From: Blochmannia endosymbiont of Camponotus modoc
Lineage (GTDB): Bacteria; Pseudomonadota; Gammaproteobacteria; Enterobacterales; Enterobacteriaceae
Assembly: GCF_023585785.1 (NCBI RefSeq)
Contig: NZ_CP097765.1
Coordinates: forward strand, 90,001-122,000
Direction of reading: 5' to 3'
DNA: 32,000 nucleotides
The notes beneath the pieces are model-generated. The model did not search any database. It was not told where the DNA came from and saw only the letters and a list, made by a program, of their open reading frames with translations. This document shows positions 9,242 through 19,672 of this stretch, in pieces. Position 1 is the stretch's first letter. Every line of letters begins with the position of its first letter. The translations under genes were made by a program, and so were the position numbers.

Positions 9242-10447
9242 ATGCATCGATCAACTATATTGTTTATTGCGCTACGTTATATTTCAGGAAAATCGATAGA
9301 TCAATTTGGTCGGTATATTTATTGGTTTTCTAGTTTTTCTATTATGATTGGTGTGATGGCTACAATAACCGTGTTATCAGTCATGAACGGTTTTGAGCGT
9401 GAGTTAAAACAAAATCTTCTTAATTTTATACCTCATGCGTTACTCACGACCCCTAAAGGATACGTACATGTTAGAGACAAACCAAATTTAGTATTAGATC
9501 AACTACACAATATAACACGCAAGGAACCATTGGTCATATCCGATGTGATATTACAAAGTTCCAATAAAATGTCGTTTGGGGTGATGTTAGGGATCAATCC
9601 AAATTGTTTTGAACCGTTGTGTGATTATTTGCTAAAGAAACATGAAAATCAATTGGTTTTAGGAAAATATTATATAATTCTTGGCGCAGCATTAGCAAAA
9701 AAAATTGAAGCAAATATCAATGATCAAATTCGTTTGATTATTCCTTCTGTTATGCAGATCACTCCTATTGGCTATATCCCCAGTCAACGATTGTTTACGG
9801 TATTAGATATTTTTATTACTAACAGTGAAGTTGATTCTTATCAAGTATTAGTTCATCAATCAGATGCTGCTGCGTTAATGCATTATCCATTACAATGTGT
9901 TACTGGGTGGCGTTTATGGCTAAATGAACCATTTTTACTCAGTGACTATACTCAACAATTGCGATTACATACAGACTGGATTTGGAAGGATTGGAGAGAA
10001 TATAAAGGATCTTTATTTCAAGCGATGAAAATGGAAAAAAATATAATGTCTTTGTTGTTAGGTTTAATTATAATAGCAGCAGGTTTTAACATTGTTGCTT
10101 TTTTAGTATTATTAATATTGGAAAAACAAATAGAAATTGCAATACTCAAAACATATGGTTTCACTCGCCGCCAGATTATTTTGCTGTTTATGGTTCAAGG
10201 AGTTACTAATGGTTTTTTTGGTATTATATTGGGAACAATATTAGGAGTATTGTTATCTCATAAGTTAAATAAAATATTATTATTTTTAAAAATATTTCCA
10301 GATACTATATTTTTACCTATAGAAATAAAATATTCTCAAATATTAAGTATCATATTTATGACGTTTATTATGATCTTATTGGCTACGCTATACCCATCGT
10401 GGCGAGCAGCTTCCTTTCATCCTGCAAAAATTTTACGTTATGGCTGA
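9242..10447 (+). CDS. lolC: Lipoprotein-release ABC transporter permease LolC
   Basis: [76 protein letters not shown] and LYPSWRAA all parallel E. coli LolC. I take ATG 9242; the TTG at 9239 is an alternative start. Confidence 0.94.
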   Translation: MHRSTILFIALRYISGKSIDQFGRYIYWFSSFSIMIGVMATITVLSVMNGFERELKQNLLNFIPHALLTTPKGYVHVRDKPNLVLDQLHNITRKEPLVISDVILQSSNKMSFGVMLGINPNCFEPLCDYLLKKHENQLVLGKYYIILGAALAKKIEANINDQIRLIIPSVMQITPIGYIPSQRLFTVLDIFITNSEVDSYQVLVHQSDAAALMHYPLQCVTGWRLWLNEPFLLSDYTQQLRLHTDWIWKDWREYKGSLFQAMKMEKNIMSLLLGLIIIAAGFNIVAFLVLLILEKQIEIAILKTYGFTRRQIILLFMVQGVTNGFFGIILGTILGVLLSHKLNKILLFLKIFPDTIFLPIEIKYSQILSIIFMTFIMILLATLYPSWRAASFHPAKILRYG

Positions 10448-11141
10448 TATTCCATTATTGCATTGCATCCAGTTAACAAAATATTATCAACGTGCTAATT
10501 TCTTAATTAGAGTGTTGAATTGCATTACTCTGAGTATACAACTTAATGAAATGATTGCTGTGGTAGGCGCATCTGGATCTGGTAAAAGTACATTGTTACA
10601 TTTGCTTGGAGGATTGGATAAACCAACTGAAGGAGAGATATTTTTTGAGGGTCATGCGCTACATAAGTTAACTGACAATGAACGTTCTGTGATACGTAAT
10701 AAACGGTTAGGGTTTGTTTATCAATTTCATCATTTATTGTTAGATTTTGATGTTTTAGAAAATGTAGCAATGCCCTTGTTGATTGGAGGTATTGAGTTTA
10801 ATCAGGCAAAAAGTAGAGCACAATGTGTATTAGAGTCAGTTGGATTAAAAAATCATATTCATTCTTTTCCGCATGAATTATCTGGAGGAGAAAGTCAACG
10901 AGTTACTGTAGCTCGGGCTATAGTAAATAATCCATCTTTAATATTAGCTGATGAACCAACTGGTAATTTAGATCAAAAAAATTCAGATAGTATTTTTCAA
11001 TTATTAAAAAAGTTAAATACATATTATGGCACAACTTTTGTAATAGCAACGCATGATTTAGATTTTGCTAAACAATGCCATAAAATATTAATGATATCTA
11101 ATGGTAAAATAAAACTGAGGCAGAATGATTCGTTTAGGTAA
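10440..11141 (+). CDS. lolD: Lipoprotein-release ABC transporter ATPase LolD
   Basis: Walker [10 protein letters not shown], signature LSGGESQR and Walker B LILADEPT are present, and it is flanked by lolC and lolE. Its start overlaps the lolC stop by 8 nt (ATGGCTGA), which suggests translational coupling. Confidence 0.95.
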   Translation: MADIPLLHCIQLTKYYQRANFLIRVLNCITLSIQLNEMIAVVGASGSGKSTLLHLLGGLDKPTEGEIFFEGHALHKLTDNERSVIRNKRLGFVYQFHHLLLDFDVLENVAMPLLIGGIEFNQAKSRAQCVLESVGLKNHIHSFPHELSGGESQRVTVARAIVNNPSLILADEPTGNLDQKNSDSIFQLLKKLNTYYGTTFVIATHDLDFAKQCHKILMISNGKIKLRQNDSFR

Positions 11142-11151
11142 TTGTTTATAA

Positions 11152-12387
11152 ATGATGTTGTCTTTGAAAATTGCATTAAAATTTCATCGAGGTTCGAGTG
11201 GTAATATTTTAATATCTTTAATGTCTTTGATTTCTGTTATTGGTATTACTATAGGAATATCTATATCTATAATTGCATTAAGTACAATGAATGGTTTTAA
11301 ATATGAATTAAGTAATCGTATTTTATCAGTTATTCCACATGGAGAAATTGAACCAATAAAAGCGCCATTCATTAATTGGCAAACAGTTTTAGAGTGTATT
11401 CGTCAGATACCAGATATTAGTCATGTGAATCCTTATATTAATTTTTATGGTGTTGTTGAATATAATAATAAATGGCATGTAGTTTATGTTAGAAGTGTAG
11501 ATTTAAAGCAAAACGTGAATGAAAACGCATTACTTAATTTTATAGAAAAAGATTCTTGGAAATATTTTTGTGAAAATATAGAAAAAATTATTTTAGGGAA
11601 AGGTATATCAGAAGATTTAGGAATTAAAGTGGGTGATTGGATTACCGTTTTGACTGCTCATGATTTTCGTTCGAACAATAAATTATTATCATCCAAAAAA
11701 ATTCGTTTACAAGTAGCTGGGATATTAAATTTAAATAGTCAATTAGACTGCAATATTGCAATAATGTCTTTATCAGATGTGCAACGTTATTATGATGAAA
11801 CGTCAGATGTTTCAGGCATAGCTATTAAGATTAACAATATTTTTTCTGTTAATAAAATACTGTATAAAATTCAAAGAATGCTTAACCATCAGGTTTGTAT
11901 GCGAAGTTGGATGGATACTTATGGGTATATTTATCAAGATATTCAAATGGTTCGCATAATTATATATTTATCAATGATATTAATTATAGGTATTTCTTGT
12001 TTTAATGTAGTTGCTGTACTGATTTTATCTATAAAAGACAAAAACTATGATATTGCGATAATACGCGCATTGGGGGCTAAAAATATTTTCATTCAATGTG
12101 TTTTTTTTTGGTATGGGTTAATTATTTATACAATTTCTAGTATTATAGGGACTGGATTGGGTATTTTTATAGCTTTTAATTTAACGAGTTTAATTACGAT
12201 ATGTAATGATTTATTGGGAAGTAAAATTTTATCAGAAGGAACTTATTTTATTAATTTTGTACCCGTTAAGCTAAACGAGTGGGACATATTGTTGGTATTA
12301 AGCACAACATTATTACTAGGTTCATTAACTAGTTGGTATGCAGCGTCAAAAATAAGGAAGGTTAATTTATCTAAAATCTTAAAATAG
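11152..12387 (+). CDS. lolE: Lipoprotein-release ABC transporter permease LolE
   Basis: LSTMNGFKYELSNRILSVIPHGEIE, APYINF-like NPYINFYG, VSGIAIK, GYIYQDIQMVR, CFNVV, SIKDKNYDIAI and LGAK are colinear with E. coli LolE (411 versus 414 aa). Confidence 0.94.
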   Translation: MMLSLKIALKFHRGSSGNILISLMSLISVIGITIGISISIIALSTMNGFKYELSNRILSVIPHGEIEPIKAPFINWQTVLECIRQIPDISHVNPYINFYGVVEYNNKWHVVYVRSVDLKQNVNENALLNFIEKDSWKYFCENIEKIILGKGISEDLGIKVGDWITVLTAHDFRSNNKLLSSKKIRLQVAGILNLNSQLDCNIAIMSLSDVQRYYDETSDVSGIAIKINNIFSVNKILYKIQRMLNHQVCMRSWMDTYGYIYQDIQMVRIIIYLSMILIIGISCFNVVAVLILSIKDKNYDIAIIRALGAKNIFIQCVFFWYGLIIYTISSIIGTGLGIFIAFNLTSLITICNDLLGSKILSEGTYFINFVPVKLNEWDILLVLSTTLLLGSLTSWYAASKIRKVNLSKILK

Positions 12388-12669
12388 CATGATCATGGTT
12401 TTTATTAGAGTATTATAATGGTGCTTTGAGTAGATCAATTGGTTAAATCATATGATCGGATTATTAATAAAATGTCAAGTTGATACAAATATAATAAGAT
12501 GATATACTATGTTTATAGTTTCAAAATATATGTGATTGTTATATATTAGAAATACAATATAACCTGAATCGTTTGGTTTGTTTCATATGTTTTATAGTAT
12601 TTATTTCATGGTTTCATTATTTTCACAATAATAATGATTAATTACATATATAATAATTGATTATTTTTA

Positions 12670-14052
12670 TTATATTATATCAGTGATGTCATTTGCCATG
12701 ACTGCTGCCAATCCTATGTAATCAAGTGGAGTGATCTTCTGTAATCGTATTTTTTCTGCTGCTGGTAATGGTAGTGATTCAATAAAAATTTTTATTTTTT
12801 CAGGATTAATCTTGGTATTATTGATGAATTGTTTTGTGCATTCATAAGATTCATGAATATTGTGTCGCCGCATTACTGTTTGAATAGCTTCGCTTAACAC
12901 TATCCAGTTTTTATTTAATTCGGTTAATACATGTTCTTTATTAACTGTCAGTGTTTTTATGCCTTTTAATACGCTATGGTAGGCAATTAAGGCATACCCC
13001 ATGGCCATGCCTAGATTTCTTAGAACAGTAGAATCGCTTAAATCACGTTGCCAACGTGATATTGGCAGTTTAGCGGAAAAATGGTTAAACATGGCATTTG
13101 CTAACCCTAAATTTCCTTCAGAATTTTCAAAGTTTATAGGATTTACTTTATATGGCATAGTAGAAGATCCAATTGTACTATTGTTATGATTTTGTTTAAA
13201 ATAATTAAGAGCAATATATCCCCATATGTCTCTATTAAAATTTATTAATATGGTATTAAATCGTGCAATGCAGTCGGATAGTTCGGCAATATAATCGTGT
13301 GGTTCTATTTGTGTTGTATAAGGGTTCCATTTCATGCCTAAAGATATAACAAACTCTTCACTGAATTTGCGCCAATTTATTTCTGGATATGCTATTATGT
13401 GAGCATTATAGTTTCCTACGGCACCATTAATTTTACCTAAAATTTTGATTGATTCTAATTGATGATATTGACGTATCAAACGGTATGCAATATTAGCCAT
13501 TTCCTTTCCGATAGTAGAAGGGGTAGCGGGTTGCCCATGGGTTCTAGATAACACAGGAATATCTTTATAATTAATACTCATTTTTTTTATTTCGTTAATA
13601 ATTTGTTTCCAAATAGGCAAAAAAATAGTTTTTTTGGCGTTAGTCAGCATCAATCCATATGCAAGATTGTTAATATCGTCTGAAGTACAAGCGAAATGAA
13701 TAAATTCTCTGATTTTTTTTAAATTAGGTAATATGTTTATTTTTTCTTTTAAAAAATATTCTATTGCTTTGAGATCATGATTGGTTATTTTTTCTATTTC
13801 TTGAATACGTTCTGCGTCTTTAATATTAAAGTTGATTGCCAGTTTATTTAAAAAATCACATTCGATTTGTGTAAAAGGTGGTATTTCTTTGATAGAAATT
13901 GTGTTAGCCAGTTTTTTTAACCAATGAATCTCTATTTGGACACGAAATTTTAGTAAACTAAATTCACTAAAAATATTACGTAAAGAATCAGTTTGTTTGT
14001 AGTAACGGCCATCAATAGGAGATATTACAGTTAAGGGCGATAATGTTATCAT
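12670..14052 (-). CDS. purB: Adenylosuccinate lyase
   Basis: 460 aa with very high identity to E. coli PurB: SPIDGRY, HFACTSDDINN, LSRTHGQPATPSTIGKEMAN, ILGKINGAVGNYNAH, WNPYTTQIEPHDYIAEL, GSSTMPYKVNPINFENSEGNLG and SRWQRDLSDSTVLRNLG. Confidence 0.97.
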   Translation of the reverse strand: MITLSPLTVISPIDGRYYKQTDSLRNIFSEFSLLKFRVQIEIHWLKKLANTISIKEIPPFTQIECDFLNKLAINFNIKDAERIQEIEKITNHDLKAIEYFLKEKINILPNLKKIREFIHFACTSDDINNLAYGLMLTNAKKTIFLPIWKQIINEIKKMSINYKDIPVLSRTHGQPATPSTIGKEMANIAYRLIRQYHQLESIKILGKINGAVGNYNAHIIAYPEINWRKFSEEFVISLGMKWNPYTTQIEPHDYIAELSDCIARFNTILINFNRDIWGYIALNYFKQNHNNSTIGSSTMPYKVNPINFENSEGNLGLANAMFNHFSAKLPISRWQRDLSDSTVLRNLGMAMGYALIAYHSVLKGIKTLTVNKEHVLTELNKNWIVLSEAIQTVMRRHNIHESYECTKQFINNTKINPEKIKIFIESLPLPAAEKIRLQKITPLDYIGLAAVMANDITDII

Positions 14053-14459
14053 TTTTTCCTCTTCATAATTAATTAGATGCTTATATTTTATATTTTATTT
14101 AAAAATTACAAGTTTATCCAAGATATAATATGTATATCTTATTGAATATTTTATATTTTTGTAAGAAAGTTTTATTTCATAAATATAGATGATTATATCG
14201 ATACTAGCATTAATGTTAAAAAATATATGGGATGATAATAATTAATGATAATTGATCATAATGATAGACATGATTTTGTAGAATATTCATATGATTGATT
14301 TATTGATATTTATTTAGGTGATTTTAGTTGTAACTAAACCCATAAAACTATAATATTTATTTAAAATGGAAGTGTAAATTACATGCAATAACTATTAGTT
14401 ATATTTGATCTTAATATAATTGATGTTTTTGATATTTGTTAGAACAATTATTCTAATAC

Positions 14460-15572
14460 TTAAGAATCTAAAAAAGGGTATATTTTTGTAATAATTCCCC
14501 CGCCCAAACAACGTTCTTTTAAATAAAATACTGCTGATTGTCCTGGTGTAATTGCTAAAACTGGAATTTTTAAAATAACTTTAAGATTGTTGTTTAAAAG
14601 GGGATATACTTGACATTGAATATCGGGGTGTCTATATCTGGTTTTAACTGTGCAATGTAAAGGGGATGCAAGTGCGTGTCGTTTTACCCATTGGGTTTGT
14701 TCAGTAATGAATGCGATAGACATGAGACGTGGATGATTACGTCCTTGTGCTGCAATTAATGTATTATTTGATATATTTTTATCTATTACGTACCATGGTT
14801 GTCCATTTCCTTGTTTCAGTCCACCTATTTTTAGGCCTTTTCTTTGTCCTAAGGTATAAAATGATACTCCTTGGTGCGCTCCGATTGTATCTCCATTTAT
14901 ATCGATTATAACTCCCGGTCGTATTGGTATATATTTACTAATAAAATCTTTAAATTTACGTTTACCAATAAAACAGATACCAGTTGAGTCTTTTTTGTTT
15001 GCTGTGATTAAGTTTAATTTTTTAGCAATATTTCTAACTTGAGATTTATTTAATGTTCCTACAGGAAATAAACATTGTTTAAGTTGTTTATAGCTTAGTG
15101 TATATAAAAAATAACTTTGATCTTTATTTCGGTCTGCACCACGCATCAGATAAGTTGTTTTATTCATATCAACACGGCGTACATAATGTCCGGTTGCAAT
15201 GAGATCTGCGCCTAGATCTTGCAATGCAAATTTTAAAAAATACTTAAATTTAATCTCTTTGTTACAAAGTATATCAGGATTGGGAGTTCGACCCGCTCTA
15301 TATTCTTGTAAAAATACTTGAAATACATCTTCCCAATATTCTTTAGAAAAATTTATGGTATGTAGATATATGCCCAAATTATCGCAAACAGCATGAGTAT
15401 CTGATAAGTCAGATGCTGATGCACAATGTTCTGTGTTGTCGTCATCTTCCCAATTTTTCATAAATAATCCTTCTACTTTATATCCTTTTTGTTGTAGCAA
15501 CCATGCAGATACAGAAGAATCTACACCACCAGACATGCCAACAATTACTTTTTTTGTGTGATTATATGACAT
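14460..15572 (-). CDS. mnmA: tRNA 2-thiouridine(34) synthase MnmA
   Basis: The PP-loop [15 protein letters not shown] is present, along with the catalytic Cys contexts [13 protein letters not shown] and STGICFIG, and also DQSYFLY. It lies next to purB as in E. coli purB-hflD-mnmA. Confidence 0.95.
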   Translation of the reverse strand: MSYNHTKKVIVGMSGGVDSSVSAWLLQQKGYKVEGLFMKNWEDDDNTEHCASASDLSDTHAVCDNLGIYLHTINFSKEYWEDVFQVFLQEYRAGRTPNPDILCNKEIKFKYFLKFALQDLGADLIATGHYVRRVDMNKTTYLMRGADRNKDQSYFLYTLSYKQLKQCLFPVGTLNKSQVRNIAKKLNLITANKKDSTGICFIGKRKFKDFISKYIPIRPGVIIDINGDTIGAHQGVSFYTLGQRKGLKIGGLKQGNGQPWYVIDKNISNNTLIAAQGRNHPRLMSIAFITEQTQWVKRHALASPLHCTVKTRYRHPDIQCQVYPLLNNNLKVILKIPVLAITPGQSAVFYLKERCLGGGIITKIYPFLDS

Positions 15573-16295
15573 AATTTATAAAAAAAATAAAACATCAAAT
15601 GATTTATATAGTATGTAATATAGAAACTTTATATTTTAAGTATTTACTTACATAAATGTATTCGGATAATAATAGTATACTGGATAATCTATACGATTTA
15701 TTTTTTAATTTTCAAAATATACATTTTAAAAAATTAAATATTTTTAACTCATATGCAAGATGAAATTAAAAGATATTTATTTGATCTATGAAGATAATGA
15801 TCTAGTGTATTAGATGAGATTATCATTATTCAAGGGTAATTTGACATGTAAATATCATATTCTTCTAAAGATGTTGTCAATTAATTATCTATTCTATCAA
15901 CGTACGTTGATTACTGTTATTACATATTCAATATATGGATAAATTACGATAGATCAAGATAATTTTTTATGTAATCAATTATTAAAAGATATACATAAAA
16001 AATCTATCTAATATTCGGATAATTGTTCTGTCTACTTAAGAGATCAGCACGATAGTCAAATATTTAATTTGTTTCTATGTTATACATATATATGTAGTGT
16101 TTATTATTTTTATTTACATATATAAATTATTTGATATATGGTGTTTACTAATATGGAGTATAGCAATGTAGATTGTGAACTGTATATTTACACATGTAAA
16201 CAAGTATATAACGATTATTATTTATTAAATATAACATCTACTTACGCAAATCGATAAAAAAGTATTATTATTTACAAGTAATATGAGATTTTATT

Positions 16296-16760
16296 ATGAC
16301 TAAAAATGATATAGAAGTATTGTCCAGTAATTTAGCATGTTTTCAAAAAAAAACAGATAATTTACAAGGATTTATCCAGGTTAGAGCAGCACATCGACGC
16401 GAGCTTGTTGATGATTATATTGAATTAATTGCAGATTTAATTCAAGAACGTGGGGAAGCGCGTCAGGTAGATTTAGCATTAAGACTTGGAGTAACGCAAC
16501 CAACAGTAGCAAAAATGTTAAAAAAGTTGATTGCTTCTTCATTAATTAAGCATAAACGTTATTGTGGAGTATCGTTGACAGAACAAGGAAGACAATTGGC
16601 TAATGAAAATCATATACGACACAAAATTGTAAAAACTTTTCTAATAGATTTAGGCATCAATAAAAAAATCGCTCAAAGAGATGCAGAAGGCATCGAGCAT
16701 CATGTTAGCAATGAAACATTGTTGGCATTTATTCAATTCTCTAAGCGCTTCAATAAATAA
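16296..16760 (+). CDS. mntR: Manganese-responsive transcriptional regulator MntR (DtxR family)
   Basis: 154 aa versus 155 aa in E. coli. [53 protein letters not shown] closely matches E. coli ...[68 protein letters not shown] matches RDAEGMEHHVSEETL. Confidence 0.93.
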   Translation: MTKNDIEVLSSNLACFQKKTDNLQGFIQVRAAHRRELVDDYIELIADLIQERGEARQVDLALRLGVTQPTVAKMLKKLIASSLIKHKRYCGVSLTEQGRQLANENHIRHKIVKTFLIDLGINKKIAQRDAEGIEHHVSNETLLAFIQFSKRFNK

Positions 16761-16780
16761 TTATCTATGTACGTGATTTT

Positions 16781-16803
16781 ATCTATGTATGTAATACATA
16801 GAT
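16781..16803 (+). terminator. Hairpin 21 nt downstream of the mntR stop: 10-bp perfect stem ATCTATGTAT / ATACATAGAT with a 3-nt loop. Candidate weak terminator or protein-binding palindrome.
   Basis: Read directly from the sequence. No U-run follows it (GGTAAAAAGT), so it is not a canonical intrinsic terminator. The stem is AT-rich. Confidence 0.25.
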
Positions 16804-17222
16804 GGTAAAAAGTAAATTTTAACATTGTGTATTATAATTATAGATATTTAATTTTGAGTTTTTGTTTTAATAATTTTTTTGTTTAAATTCATTTAAGTAA
16901 TTATTATTTAATTTTAGTAAAAAACGTATAAAACTTATGTTATCCTTATCTGTTAAAGAAATAAATATTTTGTTCTATACAGAACAGTCAATGTTTTTAA
17001 ATATTTTTAGTATAAACTTTAAGTATAATTATTTTTTGGTAACAAATATAACATGAATCATTATTCGTGTATTTATGTGTGTATCTATACATACATAGAT
17101 GTTCCTATATATTTTAATTATTAAAATTGTGAAAAAATTAATTTTTTAAAGTATGAGAGCATCACTTTTGTATAATAATTTTATGAAGAAATACATATTT
17201 TGATCATAAAAATCATGAAATT

Positions 17223-17867
17223 ATGAAGATATACATAATACATTTAGTTGTAATTTTGTTACTAACAACTTGTGCTCAAAAAAATATTGAAAAAAATACT
17301 ACATGGACATTATATACTAATTCAAAGTACAAGATAATTTGTTTTCCTAAACGAATTACACCGTCTATGTATAATGATTACATTCATTATTGTGCTATGA
17401 ATTATGGAGTAGATGCATCTTTAGTGAAAGCCATTATTCAAGTAGAATCTAATTATAATCCTGCTGTAATCAGTAAATCTAATGCTGTTGGGTTAATGCA
17501 GCTTAAAGCGGATACTGCAGGAAGAGATGCTTATCGTTTGAAAGGATGGAGAGGAGAACCTAGTATTCATGAATTAAAAAATGCTGCTGTTAATATTGAT
17601 CTTGGTACTGCTTATTTGTCTATATTGCAAAAACAATTAGAGGGAATTATTGATATAAAAACTAGACGCTATGCCATAATTGTTGCTTATGTGAATGGTT
17701 TAAGCGCATTATTGAAAACATTTTCTATTGATCGTAATTATGCTATTGAAAAAATAAACAAACTTAATCCCGAACAATTTTACCAACATATACAATCTCA
17801 TCATCCATCTAAGCAAGCGCAACGCTATTTATTTAAAGTTAATTCTATTTATATTACACAAAATTAA
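17223..17867 (+). CDS. emtA: Lytic murein endotransglycosylase E (lipoprotein)
   Basis: IIQVESNYNPAVISKSNAVGLMQLKADTAGRDAYR..GW.GEPS..ELKN matches E. coli EmtA ...[50 protein letters not shown], including the catalytic Glu. The C-terminal HHPSKQAQRYLFK matches NHPAPQAPRYIYK. The N-terminal signal ends in LLLTTC. Confidence 0.92.
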   Translation: MKIYIIHLVVILLLTTCAQKNIEKNTTWTLYTNSKYKIICFPKRITPSMYNDYIHYCAMNYGVDASLVKAIIQVESNYNPAVISKSNAVGLMQLKADTAGRDAYRLKGWRGEPSIHELKNAAVNIDLGTAYLSILQKQLEGIIDIKTRRYAIIVAYVNGLSALLKTFSIDRNYAIEKINKLNPEQFYQHIQSHHPSKQAQRYLFKVNSIYITQN

Positions 17868-18798
17868 TTATAATCATAGTGTATATTTATAAAAATATTT
17901 TATTTTTGATAAAATTTTGTAAGATATACTTTATGGTTATTGTGATTTGATAGAACATATTATTAGTATAATTTGTTCATAGTAAGTTAATTTTATGTAA
18001 TTTAAATAAGTAAATGGTATATTTAATTTCGGTTGTTGTTAAAATAAATAAATACAGGATATTGAAATTTTGAACGATAATAAACAGTTGGTCTGACTAA
18101 GTTAAATTGGCTATAATGATATTGAAAATATTATAATATTTTCTTTTTCTAATTATTTAATTAGAAAAACTTTATCTTATGCAGAGAATAATTTGTGTCT
18201 ATCTATTTGATAGATAATATATGTATTTATATGCAGTGATACATATTCATCATTGTTGAGCAGATATAAATGTCAGTTTATTTTAATGATTTAGATATAT
18301 ACGATTGATTTATATTTTTTTAGGGGCATCCCTATTCTGGGGAGTACCTATTAACAACGAATTAAAAAATAATAATTTTTTAATTTTTGTGATGTTTATT
18401 TTATAATGTGATTTTTTTAGTAAAAATTTAAGAATTAAAACAATGCGATAATGTCTTATAAGAGAATAGTATTATTTTTTAAATAAATAGTTGATAGATA
18501 TCATCTATAGTGTTTGTTAAATTTTAACAAAAGGGAAATGTGTTGAATTTAGTTAGTTTATTTAACGAATTTATAAATGGGTGTTTTCATTGAAGAAGTG
18601 GTTTTTGATTGAAAGAATATATAAATAAATGTATTTTATTTTTCATATGTTTTTAGGAATTATTAGTGAATAATGCGTACAATCCAGGTAAGTTGTTGCA
18701 AGCGCATATTGTTATTATATGCATGTTGTATAAAAATTAAAAATTTTAGAGTTAAAAATCAAGATAATATGAATTATATTATTATTTATTTGATTGTG

Positions 18799-19437
18799 TT
18801 ATGTAATTTCGGTGCATTGCATAATGCAGTCATTGCATTCAAATCCCAATTCTGAATGAAAAGCGCAAATGTTACATGAGTTTATTTCTTTACAACAATA
18901 TAGTTTAATATGATCTTTTTTAGTGTATAAGTACACAAAACCAATGCTGAGTAATATTACGACCATTATCGTCAGGGTAATCATATATTTTATATGAGCT
19001 TTGATATTTAGTAAAATAGAAGATGATAATAAATTATTGTTTTGATCTGTGGTTTTATGTAGAGGGGAAGATACGCATGGTCTATCTTCGTGTATTTTTT
19101 CTATAATCAATTGATTGTTTAACTTTAAACCTCGTTTAGGAATAGTTATAATGGATGAGGAATCTAATCCAAAAGATGTTAAAGTTTTTCGTATTAAACT
19201 AATTTGTTGATTTAAGTTGCCGTTAGATGGTTCCAGTCCATAAGCTCTCCAAACGATTGAAAACAAATGTTCTCGAGTGACTGGCGCACAAATATCAATA
19301 TTGTGTCGTTTAATTAGCTCTTCTAATACCCGTCCAGCAGAATTAGATAATTTTACTGATGTATTGGAATCAGTTAATGATGTCAGAGTATACTCTGTAG
19401 TGTCAAATATTATAGTCGATTGAATGACATATTTCAT
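18799..19437 (-). CDS. ToxR/CadC-like membrane-anchored transcriptional regulator: N-terminal OmpR/PhoB-type winged helix, one TM helix, short Cys-rich C-terminal tail
   Basis: 212 aa. Residues about 8-108 follow the ToxR/CadC wHTH pattern (F....L.......L...E..L..L......V.R..L...VW.........L.Q.IS.LRK.L......I.T.PKRG..L): IIFDTTEYTL...VKLSNSAGRVLEELIKRHN..APVTREHLFSIVWRAYGLEPSNGNLNQQISLIRKTLTSFGLDSSSIITIPKRGLKL. There is a single hydrophobic helix YMITLTIMVVILLSIGFVYLY at about residues 151-171. The tail that follows is 41 aa and contains 7 Cys. An intact ORF of this length is unlikely by chance in such AT-rich DNA. Confidence 0.75.
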   Translation of the reverse strand: MKYVIQSTIIFDTTEYTLTSLTDSNTSVKLSNSAGRVLEELIKRHNIDICAPVTREHLFSIVWRAYGLEPSNGNLNQQISLIRKTLTSFGLDSSSIITIPKRGLKLNNQLIIEKIHEDRPCVSSPLHKTTDQNNNLLSSSILLNIKAHIKYMITLTIMVVILLSIGFVYLYTKKDHIKLYCCKEINSCNICAFHSELGFECNDCIMQCTEIT

Positions 19438-19672
19438 GTAATTACTCTATATGAACTGTACGTGGATAAATCAACATTTGCGTCAGCTGTTTACATAAGA
19501 TTCAGATAATATATTTTTTTTATTAAAATATATATAGATACTATAAAAAGTATTTCATTATAAAAATGCATTAACATGATTGTAATGCGTGTTATTTAGA
19601 TTGCGCGCGTTTGCAATTTATTTTTTGATAGTATAACAACATTTTGTAAAAATCTAGCATATTAGTACGTGT

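Noticed and set aside
12388-12669. Expected bidirectional terminator between the convergent lolE and purB. CATGATCATG followed by GTTTTTA lies at about 12389-12405.
   Set aside because: The palindrome can only form a 4-bp stem with a 2-nt loop, which is not stable. No convincing GC-rich stem plus U-tract exists in this spacer.
16180-16195. LexA-box-like CTGTATATTTACACAT upstream of mntR
   Set aside because: The second half-site reads CAT instead of the essential CAG, and two further positions mismatch. TA-rich words like this are expected by chance here, and SOS regulators are usually absent from such genomes.
18360-18385. 10-bp stem hairpin AATTAAAAAA-taataa-TTTTTTAATT followed by TTT
   Set aside because: The stem is made only of A-T pairs, so it has very low stability and is common by chance in this composition. 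It is not a credible intrinsic terminator.
18673-18855. 60-aa plus-strand ORF overlapping the 3' end of the ToxR-like gene
   Set aside because: It overlaps the Cys-rich tail coding region on the opposite strand. It has a low-complexity I/L/N/Y composition, no RBS and no recognisable fold. It could only be revived by ribosome profiling evidence.
19461-19469. DnaA-box-like CGTGGATAA (8 of 9 to TGTGGATAA)
   Set aside because: It is a single isolated site. There is no cluster of boxes, AT-rich 13-mers or GATC array that would indicate an origin.
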